A stretch of 58,082 nucleotides of DNA, taken from the NCBI RefSeq assembly GCF_001194135.2, contig NC_068998.1:14389674-14447755 (forward strand), read 5' to 3'. Position numbers and translations under genes: made by a program. Positions 1 to 10,685 of the stretch are shown piece by piece. Numbering within the stretch: position 1 is the first letter of the stretch; each line of letters opens with the position of its first letter. Origin of the DNA: Octopus bimaculoides (Eukaryota). Under the pieces are notes generated by a model, which was not told where the DNA came from, made no database searches, and saw only the letters and a list, made by a program, of their open reading frames with translations.

Positions 1-201
1 AGAAAATAATAATAACCAGAGTACAGAAAACACACAAGTCACATAGAGAACATTTTCCTTCATCAGCTACCCCCGTTTTAACACCGGCGTTTCGAAGAGT
101 TGGGCATGACGCATCGTTAAAACGGCTCTTCCCATGGACCGCAAATTAAATTTGTATACACAAATTAAACCTGTGCCATGGAGGAATGTAGTGGCGGACA
201 A

Positions 202-259
202 AAAACAAGACAGGAAAACAAACGGAAAAGAAAACAAGACAGGAAAACAAACGGAAAAG
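202..259 (+). repeat. Perfect 29-bp tandem duplication
   Basis: aaaacaagacaggaaaacaaacggaaaag occurs twice head-to-tail (202-230, 231-259). Confidence 0.95.
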
Positions 260-624
260 TCTATGCGGCCAGACGTGACACACATTTAAATGCCTTCACA
301 AACAATTTGCCGAATTCTATGTCTCAAGCTACTACTATCTAGCACCTTCGGATGATCTCTACTCAACCGCTACACGACGGATACTCAACAGTCAGTCCAC
401 TGTCAGTCAACTCCTACCACGGTCAGACTACCTCTATTTATATGTTTTGGTCGAGCCTACTTCTTCGCTTGGGGGCGTCGACACAACATATAGCTAAGCA
501 CTTACTGAACAGGTGGCCAAAGGAATCCTGTCGGCCATCTAATTACAAAAACAACAATTTACTGCAATTGATAAAATGTTTGACCACTTTTAACCAGTCA
601 TTGAATCAGCCATCCTAGGAAACG

Positions 625-702
625 CATGACCTCTTTTTTTCGTTTTTCTCTTCCTTCCCTAACTAAGCCTTCAAATATGTTATATATGCTTTCAAAATTT
701 AC

Positions 703-735
<33 letters not shown>

Positions 736-981
736 GCATACACAAACACACACACAAGCACACACACGCACACACAAACACATACACACATATATATATA
801 CACACACATACACACATACACACATATATAGGTTTGAAAATGACAAAAAAATAACCACACTAGAAATATCATTTTAGCAAACTCTGAAGAACGAATTCAA
901 CTCGTGACCCGTTTGTTTTTCTCTTCCTTCTCTAAGTCTTCAAATATCTTATATATGCTTTAAGAATTTATCACACACACA

Positions 982-1015
<34 letters not shown>

Positions 1016-1125
1016 NNNNNNNNNNTACACACATACACACATATATAGGTTTGAAAATGACAAAAAATAACAACACCAGAAACATTATTTTCCCAAAACA
1101 CGAAGAACAAATTCAACACGTGACC
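625..1125 (+). repeat. Diverged tandem duplication of a ~280-bp unit with an embedded (CA)n tract
   Basis: Both units read tttttctcttcctt..cttcaaatat.ttatatatgcttt..aattta-(CA)n-tatataggtttgaaaatgacaaaaaataac..gaagaac.aattcaac.cgtgacc. Confidence 0.9.
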
Positions 1126-1148
1126 TTTTTTTCAAATGTCACCTATAT

Positions 1149-1560
1149 GGCGCAGGAGTGGCTGTGTAGTAAGTATCTTGCTTGCCAACCACATGGTTCC
1201 GGGTTCAGTCCCACTGCGTGGCACCTTCGGCAAGTATCTTCTACTATAACCTCGGGCCGACCAAAGACTTGTGAGTGGATTTGGTAGACGGAAACTGAAA
1301 GAAGCCCGTCGTATATATTTATATGTATATATATGTGTATGTGTGTGTGTTTGTGTGTCTGTTTGTCCCTCCAACATCGCTTGAAACCGATGCTTGTGTG
1401 TTTACGCCCCCATAACTTAGCGGTTCGGCAAAAGAGACCGATAGAATAAGTACTAGGCTTACAAAGAATAAGTCCTGGGGGTCGATTTGCTCGACTAAAG
1501 GCGGTGCTCCAGCATGGCCGCAGTCAAATGATTGAAACAAGTAAAAGAGTAAAGAGAGTA
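1149..1560 (+). mobile_element. tRNA-derived SINE, family A, near full length
   Basis: Head ggcgcaggagtggctgtg..ggttccgggttcagtccc; internal (TA)/(TG) tract; tail taaaggcggtgctccagcatggccgcagtcaaatgattgaaacaagtaaaagag. Same blocks recur many times in the window. Confidence 0.9.
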
Positions 1561-1792
1561 ATGTAAAAAGAAGAAAACAATCAACTGCCACAGTTCTTGA
1601 TGAATTCCCAAACGCGATAAATGTGCTGAATAAATAGTATTTATTCAAATTCTGACTACCTTATCTTATTAATATATAAAATTTGTACAGCACTACAAGC
1701 AATCTATAAATGTACATAAATATGTATGTGCATGTGTGTGTGTGTGAGTATATGTACAGGTGCAAATGCGTGGTTTTGTGTTTTTCCCTTAC

Positions 1793-1831
1793 GCTGTCGG
1801 ATGTCATAATATTGAGGATCAACAAAAGTGA
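1793..1831 (-). CDS. Candidate 39-nt exon, product unknown
   Basis: Acceptor tttattttattgcttttttcag, donor gtaagg; phase 1-1 reading TFVDPQYYDIRQ is open. No homology recognised. Confidence 0.3.
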
Positions 1832-2163
1832 CTGAAAAAAGCAATAAAATAAAGGAACAGTCGTGGGACAAAATGAGTAATTTTTGATTTCTTGTCATTC
1901 CCAGTTAATTTCCCCTCCCCTTACTAATGTCTATTTTGATAACTGAGTTTTCATAGCATGATGTCTAAATTGGGGCAAAATGAGTAATGGCTAATTTCAA
2001 ATAATGACTTCTCTTTAATTACACGGGGCATCAAAATATCAGAAAGAGAGCCACTCCAGCAGACTGTGAAGGCGCTATAGGGAATATTTTATGTTGGGTA
2101 TATAGATTTATTGGACTTTAGTTAATCTCATATCATGTACCATTTTACCATTGAGATTCTTAC

Positions 2164-2256
2164 ATTTTCCGTAGATATTTTCTTTTGCCGCATTTCTGAA
2201 CTTTCTGATGTCCAAGGGTTGATGTTGATGTGTATGAATCTTTTTCCAATGTAATT
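2164..2256 (-). CDS. Candidate 93-nt exon, product unknown
   Basis: Acceptor cttcttcagttctttag, donor gtaaga; all three frames open; phase 1-1 gives LHWKKIHTHQHQPLDIRKFRNAAKENIYGK. Confidence 0.25.
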
Positions 2257-3333
2257 CTAAAGAACTGAAGAAGCAAATTTATTTCATTTTGTTATACTCT
2301 ATAGATTTTGTAAGGTAGTGAACATTTTCAAAATTGTTTTTTTCTGAAAGTAAAAGTTTTCCTGAAAATGAAAAAAAAAATGCAGTAAATATTACCACTT
2401 TTGCCCCATCAAACCCCCTTTATAAATGTGATTAAGCACAGAAATATATTTGTATATGACGGTGATTTCACGTTCGATTTGGCACAATGAACAAGTGTTT
2501 CTCCACTTCATTTGAGAGAAGTCAGGGCTTGTGAAACTGGGAAGACAACAACTGAACGGAAGTCATTTATGTCTGAGCCTAGCCACACACTCTTGCTCTG
2601 ATTATGCATCCGTGATACATGATGTACATCATGTACATCCTGTGTACAAATATCTGTGTGATATCCAACCTACAACATTCCAATTCGATGACAACTTTAT
2701 TTCTGTTGATTCATTCATATTGATATGATATTCATCTTACGAAAGTTCGAAATTATAAAACTATTGTTGATTTGAATTGAAACAATCCTCTCTAGTTTGT
2801 CCAGCGGGTTTATTGCACTTTGCGCAGAACACACCGTGTTCTCACACCTTCATAAAAACAAATTACATTTTTCGCTGCGTAACAATCAGACGGACATCTA
2901 ATATGTATGAAACATAAATATATCATTTACAAAATTTGCTTAGAAGCCTAGCCCCAGCATGGTAGCCTCTTTCGAGTTGAAACTGGGAAAGGAATAAAAG
3001 AAAAGAACAAAAACTTATGTAAATGAATGCCGATCTTGAATGTTAAACAGCTATCGGATTTCGCCGGACATTGATAGATATTTAGACTGACTCTGTAGGG
3101 AATTTCATCACGACATATTCTTTCAAAATATCATTATTCAAGTACATATACCAATGGGTGGGATTTTAATGAAAAGTATTAATAATGAATATAGTTGGAA
3201 GCTTTATGGTAAATATATCAGAAAAAAAATTACACACACACACACATTGTATTATTTTGGAAACCCGACCATTCTCGAGTAGATGATTTTTTCAATTATT
3301 TTTCATTCCCATTATCATATGAGTTCCTTTCAG

Positions 3334-3408
3334 TTCATCACTTTCAAAGTCTGGACACATTGGGAATGGAATTGAGAACTGAAATACTCTCATTTTGCTT
3401 AGGAGGAG
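3334..3408 (+). CDS. Candidate 75-nt exon, product unknown
   Basis: Acceptor gagttcctttcag, donor gag/gtaaga; only phase 1-1 is open: HHFQSLDTLGMELRTEILSFCLGG. Confidence 0.3.
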
Positions 3409-3500
3409 GTAAGAAGAAATTTATTCAAAAGGTGATCGATAAAACTCAGTCAATTATGAAAGAGAAAAAATGTATTAAGCAGCTGCTAAGAAAGTGCATT

Positions 3501-3714
3501 ACGAGGGGGTGCTGAAAAGATTTTGGCCTTGGGTAAAAGAAAATATAGGAGGATCAGTTAATGATTTTATTCAACATATTCTTCTCTCAGAATCACACAC
3601 ATATTACAGCAGTCCTTCAGCCTTCTAAGCCCTGTAAAAGAAGTCACTAAGTGGGGTGTCCAACCAGGCCTTTCGTGATACCTTTGCAGCCAGGAACTTT
3701 TCAGCATCTCCCCA
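3501..3714. mobile_element. Mariner-type MITE, degenerate TIRs
   Basis: Left end (ta)cgagggggtgctgaaaagattttggc is an imperfect inverted repeat of the right end gccaggaacttttcagcatctccc; non-coding interior. Confidence 0.7.
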
Positions 3715-4159
3715 CAAGCTTTTAAGAAAATAGTATTAACGGAGTCATGACTGAGTTGGTAAAAATATTTTGCTGGTGTGTTAACTAAGTTTGTGTATTT
3801 GGAGAGTCACAACAGTGGTGTGCCACAACACGTGCCAGAGGCAGTCATAGTGAATGATTGTTATGGATTTCATGGGATATCTCCACGGGGACTAATCATA
3901 CTATTGAAATAAGAAAACCAAGTATGATAATTGAAGAGGGAAAAAAAACCCAGTAAGATCATCGTTTAACAGAGTAAACACGAAAATAACAGCCGAAATA
4001 ACAGAAAATATCCACAACAAAAGCAAAGCTGATATATAAATACAATTCTACATATCCGAAAGACAATGCTGAACCCGCTCTCCTGAGTGACTTTGGGTGC
4101 ATTTGGCGGTGGATTAAAATATCCTATGGAACTGCTGACAAAACGATGGTAATAACAAT

Positions 4160-4352
4160 ATTGGTTTCGAATTTTGAGACAAAGCCAGTAATTTTGGGGA
4201 ATGGGGTTAAATCGATTACATGGACCCCAATGTTCAGCTGGTACTTATTTTATCGATCCTGAAAGGATGAAAGGCAAGATCGCGAAGACAGATGAAATGC
4301 TGTTAAACATTTGCCCCGGAGTGCTAAGGATTAGGCCGGACCGACGCCTTGA
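4160..4352 (-). mobile_element. SINE family B
   Basis: tcgattacatggacccca..ggtacttattttatcgatcctgaaaggatgaaaggcaag..gtgctaag, reverse complement of the family B consensus seen at 24302 and 43083. Confidence 0.8.
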
Positions 4353-4399
4353 TACTAACAATAATATTTATATTTTATAATTTATGTACATGTCCAGGA

Positions 4400-4800
4400 G
4401 TTTTGGGGGAGGAGTTAGTTGATTACATCGATCTCAATACTTAACTAGTACTTTATTTTATTGTCCCCAGAGTGTTGTCAGGATAAGTTGACATCAGGAG
4501 GATTTGAACTAAAAGCATAGGGCGTTAATATTAAAACTAACTACAAGTAATTTCTTCTGATGCTTTGACAATTCTATCAGTTCACTACCATTACGATGAT
4601 AATAGATACCACTGTTTCTGATTTAGGGAAAACGCCAGCAATTTAGAGTGAGTGGGTGTCGTTTGTTCATTGTGCTGTACTGGTGTTTGAAAGGCAAGGT
4701 TGACTTCGGTCAGATCTGAATTGGAAGCGTAAAATGCCTGAATAAATACTGCACAGAATGTTTTTTTCTGACTCTCTAAAGATATTGGCTATCGGCTTCT
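4400..4800 (-). mobile_element. Two older, degenerate SINE family B copies
   Basis: gattacatcgatctcaatacttaactagtactttatttt..gatttgaact, and gaaaggcaaggttgacttcggtcagatctgaattgga. Confidence 0.6.
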
Positions 4801-4915
4801 TTACTTTGATAATCATATTGTTTTTAGTTTAAGCAAAATATCAACAACTTAGAGGCATTTTTTCCAACTCTTGAACAATTCTGTCAATCCATTGCCCTTA
4901 CAGTGATAATAATAT

Positions 4916-6152
4916 TAAGTATCCTCAAAAAATGTACGCACACTTTGATAGATGATACTTCATTTAATTATCATTTTCTTTTAAATGTAACTAATTATAA
5001 AAAATGAAGGGAACCAGGCTAAGATTTGAACAAAATAAAATTGATCTAAAGAGCAACTGGAAATTTGAAATCAGTTGAAACGAAAAGACAACTTAGAAGG
5101 AACTATCAAACAGATATAGATCCGTGACTAACCTTTAGTTGAATTAAAGATAAGTCTGAAGTAGGTGGAGCTGTTCAGAATGTCCACAAGAGAGATGCTT
5201 AAAGGCCACGGACATCGTCAAGCTCCACAAAGCAAGAAAGAACACTAGAAACGTATTGTCGGAGTTCAAGAAGAGCTATGTGGCGAGTCTTGAGGTAGGA
5301 ATTTCAAAATGAAGCATCCAGCGCGTTATAAAGCGCTGTCATTGAAAATGTTACACCCCAAGAATAGTCCATGTCCCCGATGAAGATAGTCCCCAGCGAA
5401 GCGTGGAGTCTTGCAAGATGCACCTGGCAAGATGTGCTGAAGAGGCACAGTTTCCAATAAAGGTTATTTGGAGTTTGAAGCGAAGTTAAAATTAAACGGT
5501 TCAATCAACTATCACAATAACTCACCTTGGGGAACTGAAAATCCCCATTTTACGTAAGAAGAAGAACTTGTTAATTTAAAAGGAATTACAGTATGATGCG
5601 GTTTATCATCAAAATGATTCATTGAACCATTCTTGGTAATACAATAACTGGTTCCGTTTCCTTGAACTTGCTTCGACAATCTTTGAAAGCAGGCTGCCGA
5701 ACGGACTTTGAAATTATGGAATGTTTTTTGAGCTTAATGGGTTACCCCACACTTCCATAGTAATGTAAGAGATTACACAGAGATGTTGCCAAACAGGTGG
5801 ATTGGATAAAGAGGTTCAGTAGGATACCCGCTGCATCCACCGAACCGAACACCACTAGACGCTTATAAGGATACTTAAAAGATGAAATTTATTGTACAAA
5901 ATAAGTAACTGCTGACGAACTGAGGGCAACCGTTGAACATGAATGCGCACAAATACGGAACAAAATGTTTGTTGACACTTGTGATTCCATTGCTTCGCTT
6001 TAGCTATGGGGCCTGAAACAGGACGGTCATTAGTTTTTAAAAAAATCCTTCTAGCTATAGATTCTATTTAATTCTGAAAATTATAGGTATTTTAATAAAC
6101 ACTGAGTTTATAATCATTCAATGTGTGTATAATATTTTCGGGACAACCAGTA
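4916..6152 (+). mobile_element. Decayed IS630-Tc1-mariner DNA transposon (DUF4817-type N terminus), transposase pseudogene
   Basis: Frameshifted translation from ATG 5004: MKGTRLRFEQ..RPRTS; WS.EAKLKLNGSINYHNNSPWGTENPH; GYLKDEIY..T.DELRATVEHECAQI..GH. Degenerate TIRs: tcctcaaaaaatgtacgcacactttg versus tgtgtgtataatattttcgggacaaccag-ta. Confidence 0.85.
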
Positions 6153-6779
6153 TTAATACATTCAACAATGAAATAACAAACCGTTTCAGACAATGAAGAA
6201 GATTGTTAAGATTTAAAACGAAATAGTTAACATGAAGAAGGCTATATCAATAAGCAAATGTAGTATCCTCAAATTCTACTGGGAGATATCAATATATCAC
6301 ATCAAATAACACTTGCACTTCTGTGAAAAATGGTCGGTACATCAGCAGACTTTAATCAATTGAAATAAGTCTCTTTTGGGATTCGACAACGGTGTTATTC
6401 TGATAGTCAACAACACAGTTCTGCTGATTATTTTAATGATGATTTCATTGCAGCGTCTTTGTTTATGTGCTCAACGCCGTTGCTACCACCGCCACGACGA
6501 TGACCACCACGATCACCTTCACCAAAAAAAAGAAAAAAACAAAACAAAACACAGCAACAATAACAAGAACAACAAAAATATAAAGGCTATAAATTACATA
6601 AATCCTGAGAATTGAAACCAAAGCTGTGCTCTAATGAGATTCCTAAAAAGCATTGATAAATTATTAGTAACTATTATTTTAATAGCATGAGAGAAATTAA
6701 ACGAAGGCTTGATCTCCCATCGCCAGGATCCACACTCGTCCCTTTATTTCCCTATATTTTGATGCTGTCATTTACTTAC

Positions 6780-6861
6780 ATAGAGGGTAACTTTCATTGC
6801 TTCTCTACTAGAAACATATGCATTTCCAGCGTCAACTCTTAATGGTTTTGTATAAGATATT
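6780..6861 (-). CDS. Candidate 82-nt exon, product unknown
   Basis: Acceptor aaatattgttag, donor gtaagt; only phase 2-0 is open: ISYTKPLRVDAGNAYVSSREAMKVTLY. Confidence 0.25.
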
Positions 6862-7135
6862 CTAACAATATTTAATGGACATACGTACATTCGTAGAAAA
6901 ACTCACATAAGTAGAAAGAAGTCCAACAGGAAGTAAATTACGTCAATAATAAAGGAAAATACGTAAAAAAAAAACCCAAATATTTAAAAGAAACAAAAGC
7001 GTCATTCATTTGTTTGTTGTTTTTTCCTCTCTTTTTACAATCAACATAAAAAATAACGGCTGTCTATGTCATGCCTGTAAAAGTGGTTATATATGCGTAA
7101 ATATACGTGTGCGTGCGTGTGTGTGTGTGTGTGTA

Positions 7136-7138
<3 letters not shown>

Positions 7139-7182
<44 letters not shown>
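7139..7182. repeat. (AG)n microsatellite
   Basis: Direct reading. Confidence 0.95.
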
Positions 7183-7185
<3 letters not shown>

Positions 7186-7456
7186 GTGAAGCAGTTATAT
7201 ATGAGTGCATGAATGTATTTTAATGTGACTTCCATTGTCACAAATAACCGAGTACTTATACATGTTTAATAAATGTCGAAAATTTTCCTCCTACATATTG
7301 GATACGCATAATTATGTGTAATAAGGATATGCACAAATGGACTTACGAATACATAAATGTATGTAATAAATGATATGTTCTCTACACGCAAGCATACACA
7401 TACGAACGCACATATTATATATTATACATGCGCTTAAACTCACGAAATTAACTTCG

Positions 7457-7458
<2 letters not shown>

Positions 7459-7509
<51 letters not shown>

Positions 7510-7510
7510 G
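7459..7510. repeat. (TATC)n microsatellite
   Basis: Direct reading. Confidence 0.95.
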
Positions 7511-7886
7511 TCTATGTATCTATCTCTATCTTCTTTTTATGTCACTCTATCTCTTCCTCCCACACAATTCCGTATTGTATAAAAGGGGATTGCATTAATG
7601 TGAAAGAAAACAAAAACAGAAAAATTTTGAAGTAGTATGTTTGACTGGAAAAATGCTGAAAAATGCTTTCAGATACAAATGTATACAACATATGTTACAC
7701 CGATGCTTATCCAGACGCGCTCACATAAGCGAACATACGTGCATACAAACACATAAAGACACTTGCATACACAGTCCTTTATTTAGAGAACTCCCAAATA
7801 TAAGAACACATGACAGCACGCAAACATACAGAGAGAAAGAAAAACAATGTACAAATAAACAGTTCCATTTTTCATCCGTTTCTTAC

Positions 7887-7989
7887 CTTCTTCTTCGTTT
7901 GAAACGAAGGAATACCATTACTTTTATTGTTTGTATTCTTCAGCCTTTACTCTCTCCCAAATAGCTGCTGGTTATTGTAGAAAGGATAT
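7887..7989 (-). other. Exon-like segment with strong splice signals but a stop in every frame
   Basis: Long pyrimidine tract ending ttctataag; donor aag/gtaaga; phase 1-2 frame has a single TGA at 7940-7942. Confidence 0.3.
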
Positions 7990-8595
7990 CTTATAGAATT
8001 AAAAGTAAAGAAGAGAAAAGGAAAGCGAAGGAAAGAAAAAGTATAATTTGGTTTCAGACTAATAGTAACCACGTCTCGCTTGAAGAGAATGAAGTCTATG
8101 AAACCACAGTACATACACACACACACGCGCGCACACATACATCACATACATATACACGCACGCATACACACACACACATACACACACACACACGCACACA
8201 TATATATATATACACACACACACACACATAAAAGACACTTTCTTTTATTTTTGATTCTTGTTAAATGATTTTCTATGGTTCTTTCGTCAATCCTGTTTTT
8301 GAAAAGTAATGAACTGTGATTCGTTGTCGCTTGTTCAGCCACATATACACACCCTCACTCGTAAGCATGCACATGCGCACAAACACACACATGCATATAC
8401 GCTCACGCACACCAACACACACTTGCACAGACGCATGATCGTGGTAGTGGCAGAGTCGTTAGATCGTAAGGAAAATGTCTTGCGGTACTTTTTCCGGCTT
8501 TCTCCCACGTTATGAGTTCAGATCTTGTCTGAAAATTTAAAAACTTCAATATCTACAATTTGTGTAAAACACATATTTTACACATATTTTACATA

Positions 8596-9090
8596 TCTGA
8601 GTGAATTACAAATACAACAAGTTCTAGAATTAGACATAGTAGAAACAAGCACAGAGAAAGCTATGCGTATGAAAACCCGTGCTAAAAATGCTGCCTTAGG
8701 TATTCTTACTGATAAATGGCAACAAAAACGTCTCCATGGCAAATACCCAAAGAGAGATATTAGTACCGATGCTGACAGATGCAAAGAGAGCTAATAGTGC
8801 CGATGCTGACACCCATCAACTGTTAGTGGCTTCTGGCTTAAAATCAGAAACAGAAGGTTTTATCATAGCAGCCAAGATCGATGCCACCCTGGAACGAACT
8901 TCCCGGCCAACATATTAAAGAACAGCAACTGCTCAACATGTTGTGTATGTTCATAAGTACCCTAGGAATGATAGCGAAAGAGACTGATTGCTACCTAGCT
9001 CAGATACCAGGAAAGCCCAAAATGGCAGAAATTGAAAAGATAGTGCTCATGGGTACTACCTATATCCTACTTAAAATACTGTCTATGTAA
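8596..9090 (+). mobile_element. R4/Dong-clade non-LTR retrotransposon 3' fragment, internally deleted pseudogene
   Basis: KWQQKRLHGKYP..THQLLVASGLKSETEGFIIAA(QD).. then C-x2-C (TCCVC), then STLGMIAK..YLAQIPGKPKMAEIEKIVLMGTTYILLKILSM*. This matches the post-RT and C-terminal motifs of restriction-like-endonuclease LINEs. Confidence 0.8.
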
Positions 9091-9129
9091 TACAGTTCTA
9101 TATTTAAGCGATTAGGAATTATGTACATT

Positions 9130-9232
9130 ATTTACATTTGACGTATAATTGTCCTCATCTTGTTTGTTAACACAACGTTTCGGCTAATATACTCTCCAGC
9201 CTCCATCAGGTATTTTTCCTAAGGTATTTTTC
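9130..9232 (-). mobile_element. Penelope-like terminal-repeat fragment
   Basis: ttgtcctcatcttgtttgttaacacaacgtttcggct..ccagcctccatcaggt carries the acgtttcg..catcag signature (hammerhead core on the opposite strand) typical of Penelope ends. Confidence 0.55.
9169..9214 (-). ncRNA. Minimal type I hammerhead ribozyme-like motif, A9G core change
   Basis: Minus strand: aatac CTGATGG a ggctg-gagagtatat-tagcc GAAAC GT T gtgtt. Stem I 5 bp, stem II 5 bp, ACGT palindromic stem III. Confidence 0.7.
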
Positions 9233-9234
9233 GA

Positions 9235-9371
9235 TCTTCTTCTTCATCTTCTTCTTCTTCTTCTTCTTCTTCTTCTTCTTCTTCTTCTTCTTCTTCTTCT
9301 TCTTCTTCTTCTTCTTCTTCTTCTTCTTCTTCTTCTTCTTCTTCTTCTTCTTCTTCTTCTTCTTCTTCTTC
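9235..9371. repeat. (CTT)n microsatellite, about 45 units
   Basis: Direct reading; explains the poly-Lys ORF 9206-9400. Confidence 0.97.
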
Positions 9372-9394
9372 AGGTCCCTACGCCATATGCCCAC

Positions 9395-9490
9395 GGGCAT
9401 ATGGCGTAGTGGCTAAGAGCGCGGGCTACTAACCCCTAGATTCCGAGTTCGATTCCAGGTATTGATCTGAATAATAATAATAATAATAAT
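9395..9490 (+). mobile_element. Short tRNA-derived SINE with (TAA)n tail
   Basis: A box tggcgtagtgg, B box gagttcgattcc, then aataataat. Cloverleaf stems are imperfect, so not a tRNA gene. Confidence 0.7.
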
Positions 9491-10300
9491 TAGTTCACCT
9501 TCAGAAAACTGTGTTATGAGGGACAGTTTGGAAACTTAAGAAGGCTCTTGACATCGAAGCTCCACAAGTTGTAACCCTATGCTAGGAATTTTTCCTTTCC
9601 AACAGTGTAATTTTTTCTACGCATATGAAACAATAATAAAAAAAAGGATTACTTAATTTATTAAATCTTCTAAAATCTTCCTTCTCTTCAAAAAACACAC
9701 ATAGAATTTGTTTATTATGAATTTGGTCACAGTTCGATTAAAATTGTTGAACGAAAATTACAGCTTATCTAAAGACAGATTTAAATCTACATATAAAGTC
9801 TGGTGTTCAAAAATACAGTGCATTAGACCTTTCTGAAACCAATTATTTCACGTAAACACTATAGAAAAATTATGGTAAAGAAATAATGAACAGTTACATT
9901 TTATATTATTTCCTTAATATCTAGTCATATATATTCATTTCCCTATAGTTCTTTCATTATAATATTCATTATTCTCATCCCAGTTTTTCAGATAATACGT
10001 TTCTAATAATTTCCTCATCATTGAATATTAATTTTTCATTTGACGCTTGTTTCTTTATGAGATTGTGCCTACACATTTATTTGATTACGAGCGAACATTT
10101 GCATTGTAATATACTTGTCCTACTAAAGGACATTCATACCTTTCAGGCACATGATGTGTTGATCAAAGAGTTGGAAATAAGATGAAAGAACGTTTCTGAA
10201 ATGCTCCAATATTGTTATAGGAATATAGCGGTCGTATGCATTTATGTATGTATGTATGTATGTATGTATGTATGTATGTATGTATGTATGTATGTGTCCC

Positions 10301-10365
<65 letters not shown>

Positions 10366-10685
10366 NNNNNNNNNNNNNNNNNNNNNNNNNNNNNNNNNNN
10401 NNNNNNNNNNNNNNNNNNNNNNNNNNNNNNNNNNNNNNNNNNNNNNNNNNNNNNNNNNNNNNNNNNNNNNNNNNNNNNNNNNNNNNNNNNNNNNNNNNNN
10501 NNNNNNNNNNNNNNNNNNNNNNNNNNNNNNNNNNNNNNNNNNNNNNNNNNNNNNNNNNNNNNNNNNNNNNNNNNNNNNNNNNNNNNNNNNNNNNNNNNNN
10601 NNNNNNNNNNNNNNNNNNNNNNNNNNNNNNNNNNNTATATAGAGAGAGAGAGAGAGAGAGAGAAAGATAAATAGATAGATAGATA

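Noticed and set aside
3805-3860. QWCATT as a fibronectin type II motif
   Set aside because: The following residues do not fit (no NYD..WG.C), a stop follows quickly, and there is no clean acceptor.
6290-6325. Minus-strand terminal exon KCKCYLM* as a CaaX motif
   Set aside because: Seven codons only, with no Ras-like upstream sequence; likely chance.
9206-9400. Poly-Lys ORF
   Set aside because: Antisense reading of (CTT)n.
9395-9465. tRNA gene
   Set aside because: A and B boxes are present, but the acceptor and anticodon stems do not pair properly and a (TAA)n tail follows; SINE head.
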